A stretch of DNA of 64,000 nucleotides from Poseidonia sp. (GTDB lineage Archaea; Thermoplasmatota; Poseidoniia; Poseidoniales; Poseidoniaceae). The translations under genes were made by a program, and so were the position numbers. Shown one piece after another: positions 38,488 through 47,901 of this stretch. The stretch's first letter is position 1, and each line of letters opens with the position of its first letter. Where the stretch lies: positions 160,001 to 224,000 of the forward strand of contig CBFIDD010000001.1 of assembly GCA_965661285.1 (NCBI GenBank), written 5' to 3'. The notes under the pieces are model-generated. The model ran no database searches. It saw only the letters and a list, made by a program, of their open reading frames with translations, and was not told where the DNA came from.

Positions 38488-39057
38488 ATGAACAACCGGA
38501 CAACTGTTCTGTTTTGCCTGACCCTCATCCTTGCAGGTTGTGTCTCGGAAGAAACCGTTTCAGAGTTTCAGGAGGAACAGGCCCAAACTCCGGTTGCCGT
38601 GGTCTTTCCCGCTTGGGATGGTGTGGACCACACCAACACTTCCCATGCCGTGAATCAATTTGACAACACGTCCTACATGGCTTATTTCTCCGCCCCGTGG
38701 TGCGCTCATTGCGAATCGACCTTGGACGCTTACGACCTCGTCATTCCGGAGGACAAGTTGATGGTGTTCTCCCGAGAAGCCCGAGAAGAATACGCCAACA
38801 TGAGCGAATGGCACAACACCACCGAACAGAACCTCAACCGCACCATCAATCGCCCGTTCATCCTCCATCCGGTCCTGGCTATGGAGGTTGAAGCCAAATC
38901 AATTCCACACGCTGTCTTCGTCAACCAGCAAGGCTATGTCTACCATGTTGAGATTGGAAAAGAAACCAATCAAACCTACATCGCCGACCTTTGGAACACC
39001 GTTTCCACCGCCACCTTCTCTCCGGAAACGGGCTGGAACACGACCGCTGCAGTCTAG
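38488..39057 (+). CDS. Thioredoxin-fold lipoprotein (TlpA-like)
   Basis: Lipobox LAGC; APWCAHC; SIP cis-Pro loop. Confidence 0.8.
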   Translation: MNNRTTVLFCLTLILAGCVSEETVSEFQEEQAQTPVAVVFPAWDGVDHTNTSHAVNQFDNTSYMAYFSAPWCAHCESTLDAYDLVIPEDKLMVFSREAREEYANMSEWHNTTEQNLNRTINRPFILHPVLAMEVEAKSIPHAVFVNQQGYVYHVEIGKETNQTYIADLWNTVSTATFSPETGWNTTAAV

Positions 39058-39368
39058 GATCGATCGCCCCGAAGGACGAGAACCTCCGAGGGTACGGTGT
39101 AGGTGTAGCGCGCCTGCGGACCCTCCAATCGAAGAAAGGTCAAGGCGTCGTCAAAAATCACGGTCGTGAAGGCCGACTCGATGGAGTGGAGGGGCATGTT
39201 AGCCAGGAGGTACCCGTTTCGGTCAAGACTGATGCCGGTGGGAACCGCTGGAGGAACCGAACGAAATTCCAACATGGTCTCAGTTGTCGACAGAATGCCC
39301 AAACCGTGGAACATTTCACCAAAGCGAGTGGAGATTACCGCCCAATCTCGCTCAATGCTCAATCCCAT
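39054..39368 (-). CDS. Small hypothetical protein
   Basis: Fills the gap between genes; coding-like composition. Confidence 0.55.
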   Translation of the reverse strand: MGLSIERDWAVISTRFGEMFHGLGILSTTETMLEFRSVPPAVPTGISLDRNGYLLANMPLHSIESAFTTVIFDDALTFLRLEGPQARYTYTVPSEVLVLRGDRS

Positions 39369-39413
39369 GACCACCACTCCGTACGAAGCCGTTTAGCCAT
39401 TTGCTTCTAAGCG

Positions 39414-40406
39414 CTAGGAAGGTGCATTGGCGTTTGCATATTCCAAAGCGAGATTCAGAACTTTGTCATCGAGTGAGGAGAGCGCAACGCTACCCCGAGG
39501 AGTACCGTGGGACGCAAGGTCGTGCTGCTTGAGATGGACCCGGACCACGATTTTTCGATGAGACAACTGGTGATTGACCGTACCGCAGCTGACCACATCT
39601 TCGAGACTGCGTGGTGCCCCATCGAAGTAGACCGGGCCCCACAAACCCGCAAAGATGCCTTTCATCGGTCGTTGATGCAGAACAGGATGGCCGTCAAGAG
39701 CAAATTCAACCACCGCCGTCAAGTTGAGCATCGACACTCGCTGTTTCTTTGGAAGTGGGTAACCACTCGGGTCGCTTTTCCCTGCGCAGGAGGCTCGAAT
39801 CGGGCAGCCCCCGCACTTCCAGCGTTTGGGCGTGCACACGGTCGCTCCAAGTTCCATGAGGGCCTGATTCCAATCGCCTGGTCGTTGGGTTTCCAGCGAG
39901 CCATCAGCCCACGCTTGAACCTCCTTGGGCGTCGGACTCGGTTGGGCGGTTTGCCGTGCCATGACGCGTCGGATGTTGCCGTCCACGCAGGCAGCCGGTT
40001 CTCCAAAAGCAATGCTGGCCACGGCGGCAGCGGTGTAGGGGCCAATACCGGGAAGGGAAAGGAGGTCGTCGTATGTCGAGGGCAACTGGCCGTCGAAGCC
40101 ACCCTCGGCTTTGGGAAGGATCACCTTCTGACTGAGCGCATGAAGACGACGAGCACGACTGTAGTAGCCCGCACCTTCCCACGCCTTGAGCACCGCATCA
40201 AGCGGGGCTTGCGCCATGGTAGCGATGGTCGGAAAGGTCTCGACCATGCGTTTCCAGTACACCAACCCACGGCTGACTTGCGTCTGTTGCAGCAAAATTT
40301 CGCTCAACAGAATAGCCCAAGGGTCGTTGCTTTGCCGCCACGGTAACGCTCGTTGATGTTCATCGTACCACGCCAGCAAGGCCTGCTGGTCCTGTTGAGA
40401 GAGCAC
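39414..40406 (-). CDS. mutY: A/G-specific adenine glycosylase
   Basis: LPWR, SEILLQQT, GYYSRAR, LPGIGPYTA, VDGN, NQALMELGA, CX6CX2CX5C. Confidence 0.95.
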   Translation of the reverse strand: MLSQQDQQALLAWYDEHQRALPWRQSNDPWAILLSEILLQQTQVSRGLVYWKRMVETFPTIATMAQAPLDAVLKAWEGAGYYSRARRLHALSQKVILPKAEGGFDGQLPSTYDDLLSLPGIGPYTAAAVASIAFGEPAACVDGNIRRVMARQTAQPSPTPKEVQAWADGSLETQRPGDWNQALMELGATVCTPKRWKCGGCPIRASCAGKSDPSGYPLPKKQRVSMLNLTAVVEFALDGHPVLHQRPMKGIFAGLWGPVYFDGAPRSLEDVVSCGTVNHQLSHRKIVVRVHLKQHDLASHGTPRGSVALSSLDDKVLNLALEYANANAPS

Positions 40407-40415
40407 GCCTCAACC

Positions 40416-42473
40416 TCAGGCCTCGGCGGGTTCGGCAGCGGATTCAGCCGAGGCTTTGGCCGCTTCGATCTTGGCGTCGTTGGCCTTGATTTGCTCCCAG
40501 ACCAGTTCGGCCACGTCTTTGACTTCCATCTCAGCCCCGATGGCACTGAGGCCGTCGGTGACCATGGTCGAACAGAACGGACAGCCAACGGCCACGGTGT
40601 CGGCACCGGTGGCGGCGAGTTCCTTGGAGCGAATCACGTTCACGCGGTCATAGCCTTCGTCGACGTGCTCTTCCATCCACATCTGGGCGCCTCCAGCCCC
40701 GCAGCAGAAAGAATCGCGCCCGTGGCGCTCAGCCTCAACGTCCACGCCGCCGATGGCGTCGCGAGGCGCATCAAGTTCTCCACCGATACGGCCGAGGTAG
40801 CACGGGTCGTGGAAGGTGACCGAGCCGTCGTGCTTGGGCTCGGGGAGTTTTCCTTCCTGCTGAAGGTGACTGATGAGTTGGGAGTGGTGCATGACCTCAA
40901 TGTCTTCTCCACCGTAGTCTTTGTACTCCTTGCCGAGGGTGTGGAAACAGTGCGGACAGGAGGCAACGACCTTCTTGACGCCAATCTCCTCGAAGGTGGA
41001 CAGGTTGGTTTCTGCGAGCATCTGGAACAGGTACTCGTTTCCTGCACGGCGAGCGGCATCCCCGCTGCAGCCTTCCTGCATGCCCAAAATACCGACGTCA
41101 AGGCCGGCTTCTTTCATGATGCTGATGGTGTCTCGAGCGACCTTCTTGTTGCGCTCGTCAAACGAGGCAGCACAGCCTGCGAAGTAGATGTATTCCGCTG
41201 GCTCCGCCACCTTGACGTCCAGACCTTCCGCCCACTCGCCTCGCTCGTGAGCGGGCAGTCCGTAGGGGTTGGAGTCCGACTCGAGGTTTTCGATGGTGGC
41301 CATGAGCGGCATGACGGTGTCTTCGACGCTCTCGTCAAATTCCATACGCTCCATCATCAGGTGGCGACGAGCGTCGGTGAGTTTGGGAACGTGGTCGATG
41401 TAAATCGGACAGGCTTCGACGCAGGCGTGGCAGGTGGTGCAGGCCCAAATGGCGCCTTCGCCGAAACGAGCGATGATGTCTTCCTCGGGTGTTTCGTCCG
41501 CGAAGATGGTGGTGGCGTGGTCGTTGGCATAGTGGCGAACGTCGTGAATGATCTGCATGGGGTTGAGGTCCTTGCCGCTGGCGTAGGCCGGGCACACGTC
41601 TTGGCAGCGTGCGCATGAAGTGCACGCCCAACCGTCGATGAGGTCTCGCCAGGTGAAGTCGGTGTAGCTCACGGCACCAAAGGATTCGATATCGAGTTCG
41701 TCGAGCAGAACCGCCTTGCCGTCCTCGCCCCGAGCGAGCGGCTCCATGGTCGCCATGGGTCGCAGGTCGTGGAAGAACACGTTCGGGAACGCCATCACGA
41801 GGTGCATGTGCTTCGAAAGCGGGATGAGGAAGAGGAACACGCAGATGGCGAGCATGTGCGCCCAATAGGCAGCGATGATGAGACTGGTGGAAGGCACCAG
41901 CGTGCTGGCCACCCATGCACCGATGGGCTCCCAGGTGGAGGAGACCGTTGATTCACCGGCTTCAACCACGAAGGAGGTGGTGGTGATGGTCATGATGAGC
42001 AACAGAATGACGTTGCCCTCGAGCTGCGATTTGCCCTTGAGTTTCTCTGGCGTAAAGACCACACGACGAATCAGCGCCAGCACGCACCCCACAAAGGCGA
42101 TGGTGTAGCCGACTTCGACCATGAGGTTCCAAGGGCCCCGAACAAGTTCCGGGAGCACTTTTTGGGAGAATTGGTTGCCACTGGCGAGGTCAAACATGTC
42201 GGTGGAGAGCATGAGGAAGCCCCAGAACATGAGGACGTGAATGCCACCGGCGACGCGGTCCTTCAGCACCTTTTTTTGTCCCAACCATCCGCTGAGCACC
42301 TCGGAAATACGAGCGCCCCAGTTGTCGAATCGGTTCTCTGGCTTGCCTTTGAGCACCAAGCGAGAGGCCTTGACCACCTGATAGCCAAAGAAGCCCCCCG
42401 AGACGCCAAACAAAACCAAGAGAATCGCCCAACCGGGAATCGGGCCGTAATCCAAAAACAAGGGGTGTTCCAT
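40416..42473 (-). CDS. Membrane-bound Fe-S oxidoreductase (FadF/GlpC/HdrD-like)
   Basis: N-terminal TM bundle with His residues; two CxxCxxCxxxCP; CCG domains (SCPHC, HDPC, CCGAGG, CPFC). Confidence 0.92.
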   Translation of the reverse strand: MEHPLFLDYGPIPGWAILLVLFGVSGGFFGYQVVKASRLVLKGKPENRFDNWGARISEVLSGWLGQKKVLKDRVAGGIHVLMFWGFLMLSTDMFDLASGNQFSQKVLPELVRGPWNLMVEVGYTIAFVGCVLALIRRVVFTPEKLKGKSQLEGNVILLLIMTITTTSFVVEAGESTVSSTWEPIGAWVASTLVPSTSLIIAAYWAHMLAICVFLFLIPLSKHMHLVMAFPNVFFHDLRPMATMEPLARGEDGKAVLLDELDIESFGAVSYTDFTWRDLIDGWACTSCARCQDVCPAYASGKDLNPMQIIHDVRHYANDHATTIFADETPEEDIIARFGEGAIWACTTCHACVEACPIYIDHVPKLTDARRHLMMERMEFDESVEDTVMPLMATIENLESDSNPYGLPAHERGEWAEGLDVKVAEPAEYIYFAGCAASFDERNKKVARDTISIMKEAGLDVGILGMQEGCSGDAARRAGNEYLFQMLAETNLSTFEEIGVKKVVASCPHCFHTLGKEYKDYGGEDIEVMHHSQLISHLQQEGKLPEPKHDGSVTFHDPCYLGRIGGELDAPRDAIGGVDVEAERHGRDSFCCGAGGAQMWMEEHVDEGYDRVNVIRSKELAATGADTVAVGCPFCSTMVTDGLSAIGAEMEVKDVAELVWEQIKANDAKIEAAKASAESAAEPAEA

Positions 42474-42605
42474 GTTCCTCACCGTTAACGCTTGAACGCG
42501 CCTATCTGTCCCAGTTCAACACGCACTTTCAATGCACCGTCAAAAGAACAACGAAATCGTGCACTGCGCAACAAGGAATATGAAGCCGGACCTTGTGTCG
42601 GGAGC

Positions 42606-43595
42606 ATGGGTGAAGCAAGCGCATCAACGGTTGCGAGCGCCCCGGGAAAATGCATTCTCTTCGGCGAACATGCCGTGGTGTACGGCCAGCCCGCCGTTGC
42701 GGTGGCCATCGAACAACGGCTGACGGTTACCCTGTCCCCCGCAGCATCGTGGAGTGTTGACGGCAGCCCGCTCAACGAGAAAAAGCACCCGCACATCATC
42801 ATGCTGAGAAAGGCCTTGCTCGATGAATCCAGCCCCATGGCGATTCACGTTTCCGGCGATATCCCCAACGCATCGGGACTTGGTTCCAGTGCGGCGTTAA
42901 GCGCAGCGGTGGGCGCCGCCATGCATTGGGCTGCCGGCAAGGAGGCACCCCTTGACAAGGACCGTTTGAGTTCCCTCGCCCATTTGGCCGAGGCCCACGC
43001 GCAGAACGGCCGAGCGTCGCCGATGGATGCGTCCACCAGCGTTGAGGGCGGTCTTGTCATCCTCTCCAATGAACAAGAGGACAGAGGAGAGTGGCTCTAC
43101 ACCCGCCGCCTTGAGACGCCGGAAGGCGAGCGAAGATGGGAGGTGCACGCCTTGCCTACTCCGAAGGATGATATCTTCCTCGTTTTGGGCAATACCGGCG
43201 TTCACGCACCCACCTCACGGCAAGTGGCCATGGTGGCTCAGACCTTGGCAGCTGAACCCGAGCGGATGGTGGAGATCGAAGCCATCGGCACCGTTGCTCG
43301 CCGGGGCATTGCGGCGCTGATCAAAGGCGATTATCAAGCGGTTGGACACGCCATGAGCGAAAACCATCTCTTGCTGCGAAACCTCGGTGTTTCATCACCC
43401 GAACTGGAGCATCTGATTCAGGCGGCAGCCCCCACATCCTTGGGCGTCAAGTTGACCGGTGCGGGCGGTGGAGGGTGCATGGTGGCGCTGACCCGAGATC
43501 CAAAAACCACGGGCGAAGCGATTGAACTGGCCGGCGGCAGGGTGCTCATCTCAAGACTCGGTAACCCTGGCGTCCGCATCGACAGCCGGATGTGA
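42606..43595 (+). CDS. mvk: Mevalonate kinase
   Basis: SAPGKCILFGEHAVVYG, SGLGSSAA, KLTGAGGGG. Confidence 0.92.
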   Translation: MGEASASTVASAPGKCILFGEHAVVYGQPAVAVAIEQRLTVTLSPAASWSVDGSPLNEKKHPHIIMLRKALLDESSPMAIHVSGDIPNASGLGSSAALSAAVGAAMHWAAGKEAPLDKDRLSSLAHLAEAHAQNGRASPMDASTSVEGGLVILSNEQEDRGEWLYTRRLETPEGERRWEVHALPTPKDDIFLVLGNTGVHAPTSRQVAMVAQTLAAEPERMVEIEAIGTVARRGIAALIKGDYQAVGHAMSENHLLLRNLGVSSPELEHLIQAAAPTSLGVKLTGAGGGGCMVALTRDPKTTGEAIELAGGRVLISRLGNPGVRIDSRM

Positions 43596-43623
43596 CCAAT
43601 GCGCAGGTTCACCATGGCTTGGT

Positions 43624-43643
43624 GCCGAAATTCCTTTTATATA
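43624..43643 (+). promoter_or_regulatory. BRE plus canonical TATA box of tbp
   Basis: GCCGAAA...TTTTATATA; TTTATA begins 30 nt before ATG 43666. Confidence 0.75.
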
Positions 43644-43665
43644 CTAAAGGTCATTGGGCCTTTAT

Positions 43666-44280
43666 ATGACCACTGATGAAGAACGCCTAACCGTTGTGAA
43701 CGTCGTCGCCAGCACACGTGTTGCCGAAGAACTCGACCTCCCCGATATCGCCATTCAATTGAACTGCGAATACGAGCCAGAACAGTTCCCCGGTGTGGTC
43801 TACCGCGTCACCGAACCCAAACTCGCCATCCTCATGTTCCGCTCCGGCCGTGCTGTCTGCACCGGCGGTAAGGACGAAGACAACATCCACACCGGTATCG
43901 ACCGCATGATCAAGGATTTGCGAGCCGCTGGAATCGAGACGTGGGACCTGAAGGACGTCACCATCGAAGTCCAGAACATGGTCGCCACCTACGCCCTCCA
44001 TTACCCCGAGGACTACGACGGCGTGGACAAGTTCACCGGTGAGCCCCAAGCCGGCGTCCCTCGCAAACTCAACCTCAACCACTTGACCTTCCACCTTCCC
44101 TTTGACAAAGTGGAATACGAGCCCGAGCAGTTCCCCGGTCTCATCTATCGACTTGATGACCCCAAGGTCGTCTGCCTAATCTTCGGCTCCGGAAAGATGG
44201 TCATCACCGGGGCTCGACACAAGGACGAGATTCTCGAAGCCGTTGAGATCATCAAGGACGAATTGGCCGACCTGCTCTGA
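43666..44280 (+). CDS. tbp: TATA-box binding protein
   Basis: Two repeats: NVVAS..YEPEQFPG..FRSG and NMVAT..YEPEQFPG..FGSGK. Confidence 0.97.
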   Translation: MTTDEERLTVVNVVASTRVAEELDLPDIAIQLNCEYEPEQFPGVVYRVTEPKLAILMFRSGRAVCTGGKDEDNIHTGIDRMIKDLRAAGIETWDLKDVTIEVQNMVATYALHYPEDYDGVDKFTGEPQAGVPRKLNLNHLTFHLPFDKVEYEPEQFPGLIYRLDDPKVVCLIFGSGKMVITGARHKDEILEAVEIIKDELADLL

Positions 44281-44345
44281 GCACACGATTCAGCCATGGT
44301 GCTGGAGGAGAAGTCTTGATGTCCTCCCGCGCCCGTGCTCCGGGC

Positions 44346-47300
44346 ATGGGGGAGGTTCGCTACAGCAGCACCGTCCCCGTGGCCTTGGTGTTGCTTCTGT
44401 TGTTGAGCATGGTGCCACAGGTTCACCATGAACACCTGACTGAGAACCATATTCAGCATTCCATCGCCGGCGACCCGGGCGTTTCCGATGTTCCCACATG
44501 GCGAATTGGCGACCGTTGGATTTACGCCGGTACCTTCGACCCCACGGTGCTCGTAACGGATACAGGTGTTGACGCCACCGTTGGTGAAATACAAGGCGAC
44601 ACCACCTCTGAGGTCACCGGCATCACGACCCAAAACGTGGACAACATGTCGGTCCTGGCCTACACGCTTCGGACATCGGCAAATTTCGACAAGTCCGGCG
44701 TTTCGCTCGAGGGATATTCGGGCAACGTCTACATCCAATTCACCCAAACAGAATACCTGCGCGTCAGCGACCTCGCGCCCATCCGAAGCGAACTTGACAT
44801 GTACATTCGCTTTGTCCCGAGCGGCATTTCCTTCCTCGAACAAATTCTTGGCGACATCACCATCACGACGACGTATTCACCCGTCAATGAAAACTACGAT
44901 TTCCCGCTTCGTGCGGACGAGCGATGGACCACCACGACCACGTCCTCTTCGCAGTGGTCGGGGCAAAGCGACTACATCACACCGTTCCCCGCACCTGAAA
45001 CCGATACCAACACCACCACATGGGTGGTGAGCGACGTCGGCAAGCCCACCAACGATCTCGGGCAAACCATCGACTACGGAGGGTGCAACGAATCCTACGA
45101 AATGACCTCATTCAACAGCGACGGTGTCTCGGAAGGTTACCGCTGGTACTGCCCTGAAGTTCGCAATTATGCTTGGCTCCACACCGCCGACGACATCGGT
45201 TTGGTCATCGATTTCAAACTCAAGCGCTACGACCCTGTCGGTGCGACGGGCGTGGAGTCCTACACGAATCCGGGTTCCCGTGCGGATTGCCTTGAGGTGG
45301 TGACCGAGCGGTCCATCACTGCACTCAACACCCCGATGCAGGTTTGGGTCAACGCCTCTTCGTCTTGCTTCAGCAACCCGGCGGGTGTGCAACTTGAACT
45401 GCACCACGAAGTGGAAGGGTTTGTGACCGCCCTCACCACGGCGGCCAACGGAAGTGCATGGGCGCTGGTTGACATCGGCGACGCCTTGGATTCCTCTGCC
45501 ACACAACTCGATTATGCGAGCAACGGATTGGTCGCAAAATCCGGTAACAAGGTCGGTGCAGCGACCGTCACCCTCGACCAATATCTCGTTGGTTTGGATG
45601 TTTTTGCAGATGAGGGCGCTGCGGTCATCTTGCGTGAGCGCTGTATCGGTAATGTTTGCACCATCACGCAGCTCAATGCCCTTTCCGGATTCAATGTCTT
45701 GCCCGGCGATAAACTCGACATCGAGGTGGCCTTCAACAACCGTGGCATCACCACCTCCACCGCCACAAGTGCTCAGTTGACCATGCCCGACGGCGTGGCC
45801 ATCACCGAAGAGCTCCCCGCTTTGCAAACCTATCAGGCGCACAAAATGTTCCAACTTTGGGAGGTCCCGCAGAATACGAGCATCGGTTCGCTCCAAATTG
45901 AGTGGGAGGCCGATATTGGGCGGCTCAACACGGCGGATGCCGACTTCCAAAACAACATCGGGACCGTCGAATTGTTCGTAGGGCGGCTGCCCACCCCCGT
46001 CGCTGTCGAACCGGTTGGATTGACCCAAGAGACCATCCTTATCGACGCCAGCGAAAGTTTCGATGAGGACGGCGGCAACGTATCGTGCGAATTTTATGTC
46101 CCCTTCGACGACGGCACCCGCACGTGGGACTTCCAACGAATCCCCTCGCCGTCGTGCATGCTGAACTACACGTGGATTGACGACGGTGTTTACCCGATTG
46201 AAATCACCGTCGAGGACGAGGAGCGTGATGAAACGGTCATGGTGCTCAACGTGACGGTTGAAAACCGCGACCCGAAGATCGAGGTGCGAAGTCAACGAAC
46301 CGAGGCCAAAGTCGAATACCCCATCACGCTCTACGCCTACGCCAACGATTCGGACTCTGAAAAGGTGTGGCCGGGCGTGGTCGACATTTACTGGCCCGGA
46401 GCCAACTGTGATGAGGGCTACTACACGCGTGTGTGCACGACCACCTCAACCACCGAAGGCTGGAAAACCTTCACAGCGGTTGGCACCGACGACGACGGGG
46501 CCGTCGCTTCAGCGACCTTTGATGTGAAATTCACCAACATTCGACCGCACAGTTTGAACGTCCAAATGGTGGGCGAGGAGGGGGCCATCGCCATGGACAC
46601 TCAGGACACTTGGCACGTGGATGAAGATCAGACGGTCACGGTGAAAGGCCAAGCCCAAGACTCCGTTGACGACATCGACGGATTGACCCACACGTGGTGG
46701 CCCGATGACGCCCAACCCTCCCTCGTTCGGGTTTTTGACGGACGCACCTCCGAGTACGAGATGGTTTGGCTTGAGGCCGGTCTGCACAAGATGCGCCTCG
46801 AAGTGACGGATTCCGAAGGCGCCTCGAGCGGGATTGAAGAACGCTGGGTCAGCGTTCAGAATGTAGCCCCAACCATCGAGGCCATCGCTCCCGTCCTCCC
46901 CGTTGCTGAAGGCCAAAGCATCAGCGTGTCCGGGTCGGCCTCCGATACGCCCTCCGACGTGGACGGTTTAGTCCGATGCTGGGATGTTGACCCGAGCATG
47001 GATTCCGATGATTTTGGCAGCGCTGATGATGACTGCGACGTCATCGGCGATAACTTGACCGTCTCGTGGAACCGGAGCGGCGTCCACAAACTCGTCTACC
47101 ACGTGACCGACGACGACGGTGCACACACAAGCGAAGTCTTGGAGGTGCTCGTGCTCAACACACCCCCCATCGTGCGTACCGCACCCTTTTCCTGCACCGC
47201 CTACCAAGCCTGTCTTCTCGATGCCAGCAGCACGCTTGATGCGCTCAACGACGTCAACGACCTCACGGTGGCGTGGGACATCGACATCACCGACGATAGC

Positions 47301-47849
47301 AACGAGGACGGTATACCCGACAACGATGCCGACCTCATCGGAAAAACGGTTACGTACACGTTCAAAAAAGACGGCCTCCAATCGGTGAAGGTCATGGCGT
47401 GGGACGAAGACCCCGAACGCCCGGGGACCAAGGTCGTCACCTTTGCCGTGCTCCCCGCCGACCGCACCCCGATTGAGAACCTCGGAGCCGCACTGGTGGG
47501 TGAAGAAGCCAACCCGGTGACACAACTCGGCCTTCTGGTGCTGATGTTGTTACTCGTGGTCCTGTTCGCTCGTCGACGCAACCGTGTCGAGCAGAACCAA
47601 CACGGTTGGGACGAGGTTTCCAACGCCTTGGCTGGCCATATGTTTGACGACCGCGACCAACGCTTGAGCCAAAAACGACCGGAGGGGCCTCCACCTGATT
47701 ATCTGTTCCAGCAGGCCATGCAAGCCGCCCCTCCCAGCGGTGCAGCCACCCAACGGGGACCGCCGCTCCCCGAGACCGGTCTTCCGGAGGGTTGGACCAT
47801 GGAACAATGGGAACACTATGGGCAACAATGGCTTGATTCACAAGGTTGA
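44346..47849 (+). CDS. Large single-pass surface protein (CARDB and PKD-like repeats) with GPPLP/GWTMEQW cytoplasmic tail
   Basis: Signal peptide; repeated V.DDDG PKD-like units; TM then RRR; conserved tail. Confidence 0.85.
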   Translation: MGEVRYSSTVPVALVLLLLLSMVPQVHHEHLTENHIQHSIAGDPGVSDVPTWRIGDRWIYAGTFDPTVLVTDTGVDATVGEIQGDTTSEVTGITTQNVDNMSVLAYTLRTSANFDKSGVSLEGYSGNVYIQFTQTEYLRVSDLAPIRSELDMYIRFVPSGISFLEQILGDITITTTYSPVNENYDFPLRADERWTTTTTSSSQWSGQSDYITPFPAPETDTNTTTWVVSDVGKPTNDLGQTIDYGGCNESYEMTSFNSDGVSEGYRWYCPEVRNYAWLHTADDIGLVIDFKLKRYDPVGATGVESYTNPGSRADCLEVVTERSITALNTPMQVWVNASSSCFSNPAGVQLELHHEVEGFVTALTTAANGSAWALVDIGDALDSSATQLDYASNGLVAKSGNKVGAATVTLDQYLVGLDVFADEGAAVILRERCIGNVCTITQLNALSGFNVLPGDKLDIEVAFNNRGITTSTATSAQLTMPDGVAITEELPALQTYQAHKMFQLWEVPQNTSIGSLQIEWEADIGRLNTADADFQNNIGTVELFVGRLPTPVAVEPVGLTQETILIDASESFDEDGGNVSCEFYVPFDDGTRTWDFQRIPSPSCMLNYTWIDDGVYPIEITVEDEERDETVMVLNVTVENRDPKIEVRSQRTEAKVEYPITLYAYANDSDSEKVWPGVVDIYWPGANCDEGYYTRVCTTTSTTEGWKTFTAVGTDDDGAVASATFDVKFTNIRPHSLNVQMVGEEGAIAMDTQDTWHVDEDQTVTVKGQAQDSVDDIDGLTHTWWPDDAQPSLVRVFDGRTSEYEMVWLEAGLHKMRLEVTDSEGASSGIEERWVSVQNVAPTIEAIAPVLPVAEGQSISVSGSASDTPSDVDGLVRCWDVDPSMDSDDFGSADDDCDVIGDNLTVSWNRSGVHKLVYHVTDDDGAHTSEVLEVLVLNTPPIVRTAPFSCTAYQACLLDASSTLDALNDVNDLTVAWDIDITDDSNEDGIPDNDADLIGKTVTYTFKKDGLQSVKVMAWDEDPERPGTKVVTFAVLPADRTPIENLGAALVGEEANPVTQLGLLVLMLLLVVLFARRRNRVEQNQHGWDEVSNALAGHMFDDRDQRLSQKRPEGPPPDYLFQQAMQAAPPSGAATQRGPPLPETGLPEGWTMEQWEHYGQQWLDSQG
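47757..47834 (+). repeat. Conserved tail motif copy 1 (GPPLPETGLPEGWTMEQWEHYGQQWL)
   Basis: 78 nt; near-identical peptide at 51307-51384. Confidence 0.9.
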
Positions 47850-47901
47850 ATTCGTAGCAGAAAGGACATCCTCTTTTGTATCAGAACCGCAACCTGCATC
47901 C

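Noticed and set aside
40353-41618. 421-aa plus-strand ORF
   Set aside because: Antisense to the well-supported Fe-S oxidoreductase
45108-46295. 395-aa minus-strand ORF and similar long antisense ORFs (12492-13562, 33093-34127, 49293-50339)
   Set aside because: Mirror frames of real genes with V/G/D/R-biased composition and no motifs
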